Assembly (NCBI RefSeq): GCF_009914755.1 | Contig: NC_060925.1 | DNA: 64,000 nt | Reading direction: 5' to 3' (one strand) | Source of the DNA: the human T2T-CHM13v2.0 reference genome, Homo sapiens | Translations under genes and position numbers: made by a program | In this document: positions 46,931-64,000 of the stretch, piece after piece | Layout of the letters: each line of letters opens with the position of its first letter | How positions within the stretch are numbered: position 1 is the stretch's first letter | Notes under the pieces: model-generated | The model's input: the letters and a program-made list of their open reading frames with translations, nothing else | What the model was told of the DNA's origin: nothing | The model's database searches: none

Positions 46931-47096
46931 AGGGGTTTAGTAATCTTTTAGTTCAGTTAAAGATGACTAATATTGGTTAATTGCTTGTTATGTATTAGCA
47001 ACAATGCAAATTCCTGGATGTGTAGTGATTCATGGGACATTGCCCTGACCTCATTCTTAGATGAGGTGTAGATGCAGAGACCCATGTCTCTCGATT

Positions 47097-47436
47097 TGGG
47101 GGTAGGCAAATGATGGCCTTCTTAGCCAAGTCCAGTCCAGTCCTTCCTATTTTTGTATGGGCTGTGAACTAAGAATGGTTTGTACATTTTTAATTGGTTA
47201 GAAAAAATCAGAAGAATAATATTTTGTGACATGTGAAAATTTCATGAAATTCAAATTTTAGTTACCCATAAAGTTTTGTTGGAGCACAGTTTAGCCCATG
47301 TAACAAAGCATTGTCTGTGGCTGTTTTTGCACAATAAGGGCAGAGTTGAGTAATAGCGACAGACTCCATATGTCCCAGCCCACAAAGGCTGAAGTATTTA
47401 CTATCTGGCTCTCATAGCACAGGTTTGTTGACCTCT
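47097..47436. mobile_element. MER58-type hAT DNA transposon
   Basis: Termini GGGGTAGGCAAA and TTTGTTGACCTCTG, internal GGGCAGAGTTGAGTA...AAGTATTTACTATCTGGC. Confidence 0.75.
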
Positions 47437-48002
47437 GTTCTAGAGCAGTACTTTCATGTTATATAGTAAGTCCTAAGTGAGAGATGCAAGCACAGAGAGG
47501 ATTCACTTCACTGACTGTTTGGGTGGAGGCTGGAGGCATTCTGTCTCCAGTGACACTTGTCTGGCATAGTGTTCATAAAAATATATGTACAGTGAGTGAA
47601 TAAATGAATGCCTGAATTATAAAACTCCCAGAACATTGAACATTAACTTAAATTCTTCAAAGCAAAACTTTTGAGCTTGTGTTTATTTTTTATCAGTGCC
47701 ATCTCTCCATTTTATAAGATATATGTCACTGTAATAGCTAATATTAAATGTAGTATGTGGTTTTATTTCTGTAAATTTTTTAAAAAAGTACTAAGGTATG
47801 GAACTGGTATGGAATTGGAAAGGCCTATGACTGTCCTTTTTTGGGTAAAAATTAGACTGTTATGTGACTTGAAGGCAGCCTAGATAAATCTTAGGCGAAA
47901 ACTCATGAATTCTCACATGTGAATATGTATTTCTGAAATGTTAATTTGTATTTTTTTCCTTTAAAAATGGACATAAGCAAATTTTATTTAAAGTATATAT
48001 AT

Positions 48003-48152
48003 TCTGTAGTTTCAGCTACTTGGGAGGCTGAGGCAGAGGGATCATTCGATCTAAGAAGTTTGAGGCTGTAGTACACCATAATTGCGCCTGTTGAATACCC
48101 ACTACACCCCAGCCTGGACGACGTAGACCCTATCTCAAAAATTAAATAAATA
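48003..48152 (+). mobile_element. Alu right-arm monomer (FRAM/AluJ fragment)
   Basis: Right arm plus (AAAT)n tail. Confidence 0.75.
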
Positions 48153-48395
48153 AAATATATATATTCACATGTACATTGTTGAAATAGATTCTTAAAGGGA
48201 ATTATTAAGCAGCTGAGGGGAAAGGTTACAATGAAATATTTGCTTGTTGTATATAGCATCCTTTTAAGTTTAGTGAAGTCATCATGAGTAGATTTAGAAG
48301 ATAGGCATACTGTTTCTTTAGGATAGTGAAAGGACTGTAAATGTAGAGTACGGTATAGCCCAGTGTATTCCACATTAAAGTGGTTAGGCCGATGA

Positions 48396-48817
<422 letters not shown>

Positions 48818-49664
48818 TAGGGAAAGGTGTTAAAGTTTAGAGCAGAGCTGTTTGTTTATTTTTACTGCTGAAAATTTCTGAGAAGGTTTTTAAAAATATG
48901 GGATTAATGTTTCTTCAAGTTGTCAGCTTGAAAGTGTAAAATTTCAAGATGATTTTGTGCAGATCCTATTACTTTGCCTTGGTTGCTTGCTATAAGACTT
49001 GTTTAAGATAGAACTTGCCCTGTGGAGAAGAATAGAGTAGAATAAAATAATTTAAAAATAAGAAAAAAAAAGATTAAAGAAAAAAAAACACATATGTAAA
49101 AGGGCCCTGCTGGAATTTGCAAGCATCTCCTTTCTTGTGATATAAAGTTAGGTGTTTGCTCATTTGGGTCTAAAATTGACAGCTTGCTAATGGGGTTACC
49201 AGAAAACCCATTTATAGAAACATTCCTGAGATTTTAGAGTACTGCACCAGACTAGGGTGGCACTAATTAAGTATGTCTGCTTTTCTATGTGTGTGCTCTT
49301 CTAGGGGCCAGCCCGAAATAAGTGGGCCCAGTCAGCCTGGTACAGCTACATATTCATGAAATAAAATAAAGCAGACTTCTCTCTTTCTTAGACAATGGCA
49401 CCCTCAGATCTCTTGTGGGAGAAGAATCTTATGGTAAGGCTGGGAAATGAATAAGGGGATTTACCTTATTTCTTTTGAACTTTAGGAGTTACATTTCCTC
49501 AGTTCCCTTCTTTTACTCTTTGTTTCCATCTGTGTGTGGCCGCTTCCTCTTATATTGAGGGCAACATTAGATTCTTTTATTTTTAGATTTTTGTTATTTT
49601 ATCTTTTTGTTTTGAAAGTTGGAGGAGATATTAATTCAAAATCAGTCTTCTTCACATTGCTTGC

Positions 49665-49831
49665 TTTTTTTTTTATTTTTAAAGAGACAAAGTCTCACTC
49701 TGTTGCCTAAGCTGGAAGTGCAGCGGTGCAGTCAGAGCTCACTGCAGCCTTGACCTCCTAGGCTCAAGTGATCCTCTTGCCTTGGCCTCCCACAGTGCTG
49801 GGATTATAGGCATGAGTCACCATGCCTGGCC
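49665..49831 (-). mobile_element. Old Alu monomer / AluJ fragment
   Basis: Single-arm-length Alu. Confidence 0.75.
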
Positions 49832-50808
49832 TCTTTTTTTTCTTTTTTTGAATTTGGTACGTGGCCTTATATAGAGTTAAGGACTCAGTAAATTTTGTTT
49901 CATGATGATAAATCACAGTACTGTGTATATATGAAAGTTTCTGCTAACCAGAATGATTGTTTGTGGCAGTGACTATACAGGTACCTGTCTGTTTTCAGAG
50001 ACATGGTTAATGACCAGTCTCTTTTTTTTCCCATCTTCTTTAGAGTTCTGATTTTGTGTTCTATTCTTGAGCTGGGTGGAGCTCAAGAATAAATTTTACA
50101 TATGTAAAATTTCAGAGCTATGCATTTAATATTTGTATACTTCATTATATGTAAATTATTCCTTGAATAAAAAAATGAATTAAGAAACTTTCAGCCAATT
50201 GTAGTACACTATAATATAGTTGATTTTGTTTGTTTTTCATATGATTTTTGGCTTAGGAGAGAACACAATGTGAGGCTTCATCATCTAAAATGTATTTCTC
50301 TTAGTGTCTTTCTCCTCTGTACCAGAAGTTGCTGGCATTAATAGACATTAACAGATATTTGTTGAGTGATCAAATCAGTGAACTGGCTGGTTTTAATTGA
50401 GTTATGAGCCCATTTTCATTGAAGTACCTGCAGAGCCCTCTCATACAATCAAGCTTGGTAGACGCCTCAGGCAGTGGAGCATGGGAAACCTCGGGAAGAG
50501 CTGTCCTCTGTTCTCACCTCACTTTAAGCAGGTAGTGGTTTTGGTTGATGCTTCATCGTTTGATGTGGTAAAATGGTAAGTCTGTGGGTTTTGCTGCAGG
50601 TTTAGAGAATTCTTTAAGAATGTCTTTGTGTGGCATATGCTTTGGTCGCAATATCTGGTGCTTAGGTAACTTGCTATTTAATTTCCATGGTGAAATGTAA
50701 ATGTTCCACATATCACTTAAATAATGGGAAGACCCCATCTTCATTCATTTAAACATGGTCTAGGTAATGGCTTTCTCTTATTGAGCCTTTTAGAAATAAA
50801 AAGTCTGA

Positions 50809-51161
<353 letters not shown>

Positions 51162-51424
51162 TGAAATATTTCCAGTGATCTGAAAAGATCTACCCACTTA
51201 AAATGAGATGAGCTTATTGCATTTTGATTCTAATTAGTGGACAAAGGACTTATGTAAATAAGACTGCTGGGGAGAAAATGGTTCACTCAGACATTATAGT
51301 ATGGGATGTGTGAGTTATGATAGATGTTGAAGATACTTTTTATATCCTAAAGATAGATTTATTCGTAATGTATTTGAGATCAGACAAAAACATTGACCTG
51401 TAGGCAAAATAATTCAGTTGAAAC

Positions 51425-51714
51425 TTTTTTCTGAGATGGAGTCTTACTCTGTTGCCCAGGCTGGAGTGCAGTGGCATGATCTAAGCTCACTGCAACCTCC
51501 GCCTCCCGGGTTCAAGTGATTCTCCTGCCTCAGCCTCCTGAGTAGCTGGGACTCTACAGGTGCATGACACCATGCCCAGCTAATTTTTGTATTTTTAGTA
51601 GAGTCGGGGTTTTACCATGTTGATCAGGCTTGTCTCGAACTCCTGACCTCGTGATCTGCCTGCCTCGGCCTCCCAAAGTGCTGGGATTACAGGCGTGAGC
51701 CACCGCGCCCAGCC
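51425..51714 (-). mobile_element. AluS
   Basis: TSD CAGTTGAAACTTTTT. Confidence 0.9.
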
Positions 51715-52318
51715 CAGTTGAAACTTTTTAAATTGTTAGGAGAATACCTACAGAGCATTTTGAAGAGTAGGGATTGAAGTCAGCCCGGAAAAGCTTCCCG
51801 GATCTTGAAGAAAAGTAATAGACATGAGTGTAGGGTGTTTCCAGGAAGGTTGAGTTGTTTGAATAAAGATCTAAAAGTAGTTAGATAATGGTGAAGGTAT
51901 TATTTGCCATTCATGGAGCAATGAGGACGTGCCAGATGGATTCTGAGGAGAACTTGAAAGCTGGGTGACAAAAGAAACTAAATTACCTTTTGTCAAGTGC
52001 CTCCTGGTTACCTCTTTGAATTCTTCAGTCTTGAGAACTATTGTTAGCCCCGGGGAAGAATAATATGACTAGTGACTTTTCTGAGGTTGCGTAGGTTGAA
52101 ATCCAGACCTGCTGTGGTACATAGATTATGTTTTTGCCACTCTGCCATTTTAGGTCAGACCTGCTGTAAGTGATAGTGAATTCTAGAAAGACCTCAAATT
52201 GAGGAGTAAAATGAGAGTGCTAAGGAACTAAGCATTGTTTCTCTGATAGACCACTGCTTTAGGATCTCTGGATTTCGACTGCTTCTGTTAAAAGGGCTTT
52301 ACACTTAAGAACAGAGGA

Positions 52319-52630
<312 letters not shown>

Positions 52631-53240
52631 GAGGATTGTTTTCAGTGGAAGAATTTTAGGTTTTGGGCATATGTACTAGTTGTATGATATTTAGCTGTTA
52701 ATGCTTCTAGAAATTTCTAAGGAATTTATTGAATTTGAGAATGAGGTCCTGGATTTTGTCAGTGTCTGTTGATAGAAAAAATATGCTCTACCTGTGAAAA
52801 GAAAATTTCTACACGTTCTGAATTTATTATGCCAAGCGGAAAAGTTAGGCCCTGGAGACTGAGTCACATAACATGGCTGTTTTTCTTCTCTGGTGTGTGA
52901 CTGTTGCTTAGGGACCTTTGTGTTGAGATGTTACCTGTAACCAGATACCCTATTCTTTATTCAAACCTAGACTAAATGCAGCTGGAGGTAGAGACCCCTG
53001 TGATTGTTACTGCTTTACAATGGAGTGTTAAGCAACCCCCTTAGAGTATAATAGTAACCAATCAAATCTTGTATCTCTATGTTAGCCTTATGCAGAAAAT
53101 GTTGTAATCCTGTTCCACTCCCCTATTTTTCCTATATAAATGATTCTCACCTTTCCCAATGCTGGGGAGTGCTGACCACCATTCTTCAGTGTCCATGTTT
53201 CCTGGAAAACTACCCTCACACTTTGTGCTTGAATGAATTC

Positions 53241-53845
<605 letters not shown>

Positions 53846-53887
53846 TAACTGGATCCTCTGTAAAAAACACATTACGCTTATTTGTGA

Positions 53888-54218
<331 letters not shown>

Positions 54219-55113
54219 CAAAGGATTGTTTTCAGTGGAAGACTTGTAGGTTTTGGGTACTTGAACTAGTTGCATGATATTCAGTTGTTAATGGTTCTAG
54301 GAATTTCTAAGGAATTTATTGAATTTCAGGATGAGGTCCTGGATTTTGTCAGTGTCTGACAGGAAAAGTGTACCCTACCTCATTTCCTGAGGGATGATCA
54401 GTGGCTTCATTTATACAGGGAATGCCACCATCTTATCTCCTTTCTGCCTTATCCATGACTTCTTTCTGGTTGTTGAGAATTGCTGAGTTTAGTTCACTTG
54501 CTTACTTTATCTGACATTATTAAAGATAAGGCTGCCTGGTCTGTCTTCACATTCTAGTTCTTTCCTTCTCTGCTCCAAGTAAATTCTAACCCTTACATGG
54601 TATGTTTTGTTGTTAAAGTTTGCTAACTGAATAGGTCTAACCCACCTTTTGTTAATTGATGAATAGCTAGCTACTGTAGTCCCAGGAGCTTTCTTTGTCA
54701 GTATTAACATTATTCAGGTTCAGAAGTGATACTATTCACTTTGATGTCTGTGTATGTGAATTTGCAAATCTGTAAGTCTCTCTTTACCTCTTCCTCTCTC
54801 TCTTTCTGCCTCCCTCCTTTTCTCTTTAGTTTCCCCAGAGTGTTGCCGAGCTAAGGTTCAATCAGAGGACTCTTAGATACCTTAATTTTTTTTGGCTTTA
54901 TTTTTGAAGAAAGGGATCGTCGTTCCCATTAGGACATGTATTTACAATGTGTTTTCTTTTGCTTGCCCACCACACTCTACCACTACTTCTAGAACTTAAA
55001 ATTCTAGGATTGTTTTTTTCTCCCTCATGCCCTATCCCCTTTTTTAAAAAAAGTCAAAACTCTTATTATAGTAGAACTTCACAGGTTTGAAGTTGGCTGA
55101 TTAAATATACTAA

Positions 55114-55472
<359 letters not shown>

Positions 55473-58400
55473 CACAGATGATTTTTAAATGCCCTTGCTC
55501 AGTTTCCTTTCTTACAGGGAGAGTGGGTGGCACCCTGTGCTACACCGGAGGGCTGAGTGTTGGGCTTAAAATGTCCTCAGTGTCCTCCCTTCTCTCTGCT
55601 GTTTTTTGTTTTGTTTTGTTTTTGGTCAGTTGGTAAACTATAAATGCATAAATGTTTTCTCAGGACTTTTCCATCAACTTTCTTCAGAGAGAATGAAGGG
55701 ATCCCAATGATTTCCAAGAAAAGAGTTTTGCAGTTTTTAGAAAGAGGGTAGTGACAGCATGATGAAATGAGCTGAACAGCTTTTTTTGAGTTTTCACTGG
55801 CAGGGACTGGGAAGTGATATTTTCCTGCCCTGGCATCACGAATCCCAATTAGAGGCAGGAATCTGCTGCCCACATGTTCTCAAAATCCTCGACCATTTTA
55901 TTATCAAAAACTGTAAGGAATAAATAATTTGACAGTGTAAAATGGTTAGATCAAGATTTGGAGTTTAATAGACTCTTAGTTTTCTGGAATGTCCACAGAG
56001 ACATCCGTGGACTCTGAAAAATATTTGGCTAACTAGAATAATAAAATCATAAAATTTTGGAGTTGAAAATTTAAGCTATAAAAAAAAAAGAAAAAAAGTT
56101 TTAGGGATAGGTCCTGGTTTAATTTATTTAATCTCTTACCAAATAATTTAAGGTAGGCGTAGTTGCCTTGGGTGAGCAGTTTTACCTGTAGACTCGTGCA
56201 TCTGTGCTACCATTCTTCAGTGGTTCCCATCCATCATACCCCTATTATGATGGTGCTGGTGACATCATCTGTTTTGATGCCACTAAGTTTAAAGAATTTT
56301 TTCTAAAAAAATTCTGGATCATGATCTGATAGAGCTGAGCATGCCGGAATTTTCATTGAAATTGTGTTCTTTTGGAGGTGGGAATAAACAAGGGACTAAG
56401 GATAAAGATTGTGGTGGGGTCGGGGGAGGGTTAGAAACCAAAAGAGCAATTGTGTACTTGAATTGCTTTGGTCATGTGATTGCCCCTTCTTGGGTAAAGG
56501 GTCGTGATCAGTGGCCTTCAGTGTCTTGGATTAACTTTCGGAGCAGTCCATACATAGTTTTGAATTTGTGGTATTTTAGATAAGTTCATGGGATAGAAAG
56601 TCTATTGGAGACTATAAATTCTTAGAATTCTACAAATTATGAGCATTTGTGGGAACATCTGTAATGCAGCTGTAATAAAATTTGTTTATTATCAGGATTG
56701 CTTTAGAGGCTCTTGCTGGGTTGTTTATTATTGTTTTCAGCATTTTTGCCATACGCCCTGAAATAGCATCAACTCCTGGGTAGACTTCAGGATCATTCAG
56801 TTTTGTAGGCATTCTAATCAGGTTTGGGTTTTAAACATATGTCCACTTTAGAGCTTTTATGTCCTGGCACAGACGTCAATGGTGAATCCAGACCATTTCA
56901 AGATGGACACTGATTCTGGAATTAACATACTTCCCAGATGTTTGTAGTACAGATTTGTTTTCTGTGCTGTCTTTCATGTGTTCTGCTGTGTCTGTCTCTA
57001 TCTGTGCTTTCCTCTGTTTTTACTTTTAGAACCCCTGGGGAAAGGTAGGTATCTGCTTTTTGGATTGGGAAATAGAATAGGTATTAAATTTTTGGTAAAA
57101 ACCTTTGAGTGGGTATTGACATTTCTGTGAGAGGAGAGGCTGCTTTGTTCCCTCGAGGGAGACTGTTGGTGAGGGTGGTGTTGGAGGTGAGACTCTGAAT
57201 GTAACTAGACTCGGACTTCTTCACATCTCTAGTGGTTTTCAATTATGAAATGGGCAACTGATGCTCTGAGTCAGCAGCCTTTTAACCATGCCTGACTGAA
57301 GAGAACTTGTGTTTGAAATTCACAGCATTGCCTGGATCCCTGCTGTCTTTTTGTGCCTCCCGCTAACACACAGCTGTTTTTGTTCATACATCATTTTGTG
57401 TTCAACTGCCTGGTTACTTCCTCAGGTCCCTTTTATGGTGAATAATGGACACATGGGAGTTTGAACACCCAAGTGTGTGGTTATTCAAACAGGAAGTCTC
57501 AAGGAAGCACAGTAACTTTGTCAGAGGAACAAAAGATGGGACAGGAAAGGCTATTGATGATTCTAGGCTTCAAACATCTGCTGGGAAATCTGACAATTTC
57601 TGAAATACAGATATTCCATAGCTTACAAACAAGTTGGTTTGTTTATTTGGAACTTGTTCCATTTTTTAAAAATCAGGGTATTAAATCTTCGTAAAATAGA
57701 AGTGGAGGGAAAAAAAAGGATATAATGTGGCATCATTAGTGTTAAAAAGAGGAGAGAGGCTCTGCCTGTGGCTTGACTGGGTTTCAGGAGAAAGGCTGGA
57801 GCAGCTCATCTTGACTGAAGGTAACCCTGAGGCTGTAACCCGGGGTGAGCACATAGGTGGGACTTGACAGAGGCTGCTAGAGCTGACAGAATTGGATTAA
57901 AAGATGATTTTATGCAGAGCTTTTGATGATTGAGCACTGGAGGAATATGAGATAAGAATGTAGGTTGCACTTAAAGAGCATGCAGTCCAGTGGGAGAGTA
58001 AGAATGTGTGTATCAACAAATTTTCTCTGAGACAAAACATGAAGTGCCGTGAGAGAAGGATAGAAATTCCATGTGATTGCAAAGGAGATATGACTATAGA
58101 AGATCAAAATAAATGCTTCCCAGAATGTTGATCTGGTGACCGTGAAGATTCCTTATGACCTTGGGATTCCTTGTTTATGTGATAAATGACTTACCAGAAA
58201 TAGTCAAATAAATCCTGATTTTAGATTTAAAAATGAAAATTAAATCTGGAAGTCAAAGAAGGGGGAGCTCTGGTTTCATAGCAATTTATATTAAGCAAGT
58301 GGGGTGATGCAAATGCTACAGAAAAGAGTACTGTGTCAGGCTTAATTAATGGAAGTGATAGTATTCAAAGGAGTACAAGTTCTGTGCATCTTATTCCCCT

Positions 58401-61400
58401 GCCTTTAATTTCAGTCATGGTAAACTGTTCATAGTAAACATGCTCCCACCGTGTGGGTACTACTACATTTTTTTCTTGACTCTTTACTTTTCTGTTTTTT
58501 CCTTTGGCTACTTCCTAATCATCTTTAAAACTCCTGACAAATTTCAACTCCTCCAAGAAGATTTTGCTAATTTCTAATTCCTCTGTTCCCTCCAGAGCAC
58601 TTGCCTTTATGTCATTTGATGTTTATACGTCCACTCACTTCTAAAATCCAGTAAGCATATTGCATACCTAGGATGTGAGGGGTGCTATATTGTATTGTTT
58701 TCTCTCTTTCCCCCATTAGCTGAGTTCATCAAAGACAAGACGAATCCATAGATTTCTTAATTCATTCATTTACAAAGATTTATTAAGCACCTGTTACACA
58801 AAAGGTACTGCATAGTACCGGAGACAGGGCAGAGAAGACCTAGAGCTTAAGTTCTGGGTAAAAAAGCATGCAGTACAAAGGACCTGACCTAGGGAGGATT
58901 TCACTGGCTTCCCCTCCACCACCCCACTGACTTTTATGCCCCTAGTGTACGGCATAATACCTTTTATATGGTAGTAGGGGTTCAAAAAAGTTTGCTGAAT
59001 GAGTGAATTTCTATTTCTTTGAGGCTATGGACACAGAATGCAGATGAGTGCAAGAAACAGCAATTTTGTTTAGGTTTTCCCATGATGGAATTTGCCTTGT
59101 AGATAGGGTTTTTAAAATTGATCAGGCAGAATAGGATGGCTAGTACATGGTATAGTTTCCTCACCAGCATTGTTAGATGAAGAGTAAGTCACTGTATCAA
59201 AGAGCCCCAGTATAAAGTAATAAAGTAAATAAAAACCCAGTTTTAAATCATTGAAGTTTGTTTCTCCTTCAGGTGGTAATTCTGAGGTCAGTGGTTCAGG
59301 ACAGCAGGGTAGTTCTCCACGCTGACATTCAGGGACTCATGAGTGTTTCCTGGAAATAATCTGGGATCCTTTAGGATATCATTCTTATGTGCCTGGTTGA
59401 GGCTGGGTGATAGGCCCCTGTGCTTTCCAATTGGGAAGATATTGAGGAGTGTGTGCCTAAATCTTAACACTTGAAAATCTTACCTCCCCAAAGTGCCATA
59501 ACACCTGAAAGTGTATTATCTGCCACCAGAGAGAGCTTAGTCACTTGGCCACCTCATAAACACAGTAGAGGCTGGAAAATGGGGTCTAGCTGGGTGGTCT
59601 TGTGCCTGGCCACAGATCTATTACAGTGATGGATGGGTTGGTGGGGAGAGAACAGATTTTTGGCAGACAGCTCTGCCATGCCAACTCCTGTGCTGAAGAG
59701 TCTGGTTTCTCCCAAGTTCTGGTCTTTCTGGAGAGTCTTCAGAGGTTCCCATTCTGTGGCTGGCAGTTGTAGGGAGTGGATATAGAAAAATAGGGACCAC
59801 GCTCACTGTGGATCCTCACAACTTTAGCTTTTCAGTAAAAGAGCCTCTGAAGAAAGGGTGTGTACTCATTCTGCTCTTAGTGCACAGCCTTCACTCCCTG
59901 ACTTTACAGAATTGGTTTATTCTTTGACCTTTTCCATTTTCACACCCCCAGCCCTCTCCTGGCACTGAGATCCCACTGTACCTTCTTGGTGTTGTGTACT
60001 TACACTGATGGGCTCTATGTCTATCTGCCTCGGAGGAGCACATCCCACATGGGCATTGTCTGAATTCACTTGACGATGCTGATGGTGTTTACCTTCAGCT
60101 GTGACAGACCAATCAGAGCTGTTTTAAAATCCAGATGTCTTTTAGGAATGAGAGTTCCAGAAGTGATAAATCAGTGCTTTTTGTGGCTTGAACATATACA
60201 GTTTTGTTGTGGAATCTTCTTAAATGTATATTTATCTTTTTCTTCATTGCGAGTTCATTGAAGGCAGCTGTGAATCATGTTTTAACCATTAATTAGGTGT
60301 CCAACTTAGAGTGGGGTGCTTATGATCTAGTAGATTTAGGAAGATGGGTGTATGTTACATAACACCCTCAGCAGGACCCCCATCTCCAAGCAATTGAATA
60401 TATCTGCAGTAAAATGTATTCGTACGAAACAGGCTGATGAAAGGCTATCATAGCCTCACACTAGGTCATGTATTGTTGTCACACATTATGAAAATCTCCT
60501 GCTGTTTAGGGCTTTTTGAATTGAGAATCACAGATGAAGGATTATGGACTTATATCACATTTGATTACATAAGTTATATCACTTTTACAGATAGTGATAA
60601 AACTACTGAAGACTATATAAAAATGTGAACAATAGGCATCTGGTAAATTGGTTATCTAAATAAGCAGATAAAGTTTAATAGGAAATTTCATTTCATTGAA
60701 AGGGTGAATTTTGACATGTTCTAACAATTTGAGTGAATGGATTATGAAATTATGGTAACAATATTTAGAACTACAGATAGGGCATTACATAAATGTTTAA
60801 AAGAAGAAAAGAAATAGGGTTGAATTCTGATAAAAAGTGACCTATTAGAAAAGTATTTCTATTCCTCTAGGGACATCCGTTCAATTTTTGTTGTTGCTTC
60901 ATTGATTTTTGTAAAAAGGTGTTGCCTTTTAAAAATCATTTTAGAAAGGCAATGTCATTTTTAATGACATTACTACCATGCATAGTTTTGTGAGAAACCT
61001 GGCTATGTTAAAGCCATTTCATTTGAGATACATTTTGAATTGAAAGTTATTCTGTTGTTCTTGTTTTCAGAAGCAGATAATTTTGGCGATGTCTGTGTCC
61101 TTCTTGTCTGCTCTTTATCTGTTTACCTACCTGCTTATCACAACTAACTTTCTGTCCAGTTTTTTTTAATCCTTAGTAAATCAGTGTCTAGGAATCTTTA
61201 GTCACTCAGTTTTGAGGATGACTGTGTAAATGGTTATAAATGATTGCTTTTGCCTGTTGTGTTCTGTCAGCTTGGTTTTTGCTTTCTAAAAGATTACAGT
61301 CTCCTTGAATTGACATCTTTCTTTTTTATTTTTTTAAAGTCAAACTCATTCTCTTTATTTGTGCAGAGTCCTTTGCCCAAAATACATCATGTTGTCCTCT

Positions 61401-62439
61401 GGGCTTTACTGTCCTAGTTTCTTTTGGAAGAAAAATGCCTTCTCTATAAATTCTTCCCCACATCTTAGAAGTGTGACACAGCAGTGCTTACTGTATCACT
61501 CATTGGTCACTTGAGCATACCATCTTCTTTGGGAATCTTTTTTATGTTTATTTATTTTCATATGCACCCAGCGTGGGAACCGTGTTTTAAACCATTAGGT
61601 CAGTAACTTAGAGCTGGGTACTTGACTCGTAAAACGATAGGCATTTAAATATTCTTTGGCTCTTTTGATGAATCAGAAGATTCAATTCTAAACTGACAGA
61701 GAAACCTAGGACTAAATTAAAAAAATATATCCAGGCCATGGCTTTGGAAGGGTGTTTGGAAGAGCTGTGTTCACTAATCATTGGAGAAAGGCCACAGAGC
61801 TATTTCCTCAAGATTTAAGACATCCCCCTTTTGTGGACAGTAGTAATAGAAGACCTGTCTGTTCTGTTGAACTTTCCTTTAAGAACTGGAAAATAACTGA
61901 AACCAACCACAAAATTGTTTCTTTTTAAGAAGCGTTGTCTTCCTTTCCAGGATCCACAATGCCAAGTTAAATACCTTTCTTTTTTTAGGGTAGCAGAGTT
62001 TCTCACACTGAGACTTTTAAACGTTTCTGTTATATTAATTGTAAAGTGTCATGAAGTTGGTGTCTCAATGCTTAAAAAAAAAAAAAGATCCACTAAAGCC
62101 TTCTTCTTGTCATTTGAAGGTTATTAAAATGTAATACTTCCCTTGTACATTCTTAATACTGATTTCCAGTGAACCCAGGGATTATTTCTCAGAGAGGAAA
62201 TTCTGTTGTCACCTAGGCTAATAATTACCAACTGCTCACCAGTAACAACTAGAATCTTCTCAGTAGGTTTTTTTTTTTTTGGCTTTTTTTGTTTTAAATA
62301 TATATGGCCAGTTGATTAGTATGAATTATTGTTTTGTACTTGCAAGTCAATACAAGGTAAAATAGATAATTGTTTATGCAGCCAAGTATTCTGTTTTAGT
62401 GCACATAAATATGGAGTAGAAATAAAAGTTTCCATATGA

Positions 62440-64000
62440 AGTAGATTAGTAACTCTAGGGACATTTCTTCCAATTTTCCTCACCCCAGGTATCTACTACC
62501 ATGGATTTTATGTTTTAGTCTTTTGCTTTTAAAAGAAAATAGTTTTGTAATTCCTAAACAATGTATTGTTTGTTTTTGAGCTTTGTAAAAATGGTATTCT
62601 ATATGTGGTAATTGGCAACTTGCCAATTGAAAAAAAAGTTCAGTATATTTTTGAAGTGTAGCTGTAGTTCATTCATTTGCATTCCTGTCTAGTTAAGATT
62701 ATACTACACCTAAGCTTTTGATTATCCTGCTGATGGATTTTTTGTTGTTGTTGTTGTTTTACGAATAGAACGCTTCTATGGGCATTCTCACACATGTCTC
62801 CTGATGCCTATGTGTGAGATTCTCTCTACCTGGGTTGCTGGGTCATAATACATGAGTTTTTCAATGTTATAAAATAATGCAAATTGTTTCCCAGAGTGAT
62901 CGTGCTAGTTTAGATGCTCAACTAGCAGTGTTAATAGGCCTGTTGATCCACATTGGGTATTGTGAGAATTCTCAAATTTTGATCATTTGGTGGTATAAAA
63001 TTGTATCTTAGTGGTTTTATTTATAAAGGAGAGTATCTTTTCATGTGTTTATTGGTCTTTCATATTTCCTCTCCGCAAAATGTCTCATCATGTTTTCTTT
63101 CCCTTATTGATTTGTAGAATTCTTCATATATTCTTTATACTAATCCTTTGTCAGTTATGTGTTTTCCTTATCTTCCAGTGTGTCCAGTGTATAATTTGTC
63201 TTTTACATTTTTTCTGTGATATCTTTTGAACAAAATGTCTTAATTTTAATGCGATCACATTTGTGGGTACTTTTTCTGTTAGCCCTTTTGAGTCTTATGT
63301 AAGAAGTCTTTCCTTATATTTTCTTTTAAGGATCTTCTGAAGTTTTGCCTTTCTACATTTAAGTTTATCTGGAGTCGATTCATGTGCATTGTCTTTATCT
63401 GCTAGGACAATTTCCTTTCCAACTTATTCTTCTATTTTAGAAATATCTTAGCTATGTTTAGGCCTGTGCTTATCCATGTAAAATTTAGAATCAGGTTGTC
63501 AAGTTCCTCAGTAAGCTGTTTGCATCTCGATTGAAGTTGCATTGAGTTTGTGTATCCATTTGGATTGAATTGACATCTTTATTATTGATTTTTTCTCCAT
63601 GAACATGGTATAATTTATATCTTCTCTGTTTAACTCCAATAATATTTAATAGTTTTCTCCTCATGAGCCTTGCTCTTTTCCTGATGGATTTATTCCTAGA
63701 TACATTTTATTTTTTATTGCTATTATAATTTTTTCTGAATTACACTTTCTAACTCTTTTGTCACTGGTATATAAAAATAAAACTTTTTTTGTGTGTGTTG
63801 ACCTTATAACCACTTGCTTAATTGTTTTATTCTAATAATTTGTCTTTAGCTTCTATTGGGTTTATATGTAGGTAGTCATCATCTGTAATAATGACAGTTT
63901 TGTTTCTCCTTACCAAGCCTTAACTCTTTTACTTTTTTCTCTGTTGATTAGAACAATATACAGAATACATTTAAAAAAATTCCCCTTAAATATTATGCCT
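62440..64000 (-). mobile_element. Ancient L1ME-type fragment
   Basis: Antisense L1 motifs (TTTAGAATCAGGTTGTCAAGTTC, GAATTGACATCTTTA, CCATGAACATGGTAT). Confidence 0.7.

Noticed and set aside
46619-46951. 110-aa hydrophobic ORF in intron 1
   Set aside because: It lies within an L2 remnant, starts at GTG and shows no family similarity.

Overview
Human (primate) genomic DNA with about 40 Alu copies plus L1, L2, MIR and LTR elements. The only intact gene content is the 5' end of LAMC1 (laminin gamma-1; chr1q25.3 from prior knowledge). It comprises a TATA-less CpG-island promoter (~39.9-41.4 kb), coding exon 1 (ATG 40870 to donor at 41287/41288; signal peptide plus start of the LN domain) and the first ~22.7 kb of intron 1. 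The 40 kb upstream is mostly repeat-derived and includes a fragmented ERVL pro-pol provirus (12.4-17.2 kb, minus strand), a MER11 solo LTR nested in a MaLR LTR, a young AluYg6-like element and a 33-bp hairpin VNTR. The most interesting candidate lies in the unique sequence between repeats at ~18-30 kb. On the minus strand, after removing the Alu, MaLR and MER11 insertions, it reads as splice-bounded, stop- and frameshift-riddled segments with repeated RGS-domain-like motifs. This suggests an ancient RGS22/RGSL1-like unitary pseudogene head-to-head with LAMC1, but the call is by eye and needs HMM and synteny confirmation. Repeat boundaries and subfamily calls are by eye and approximate.
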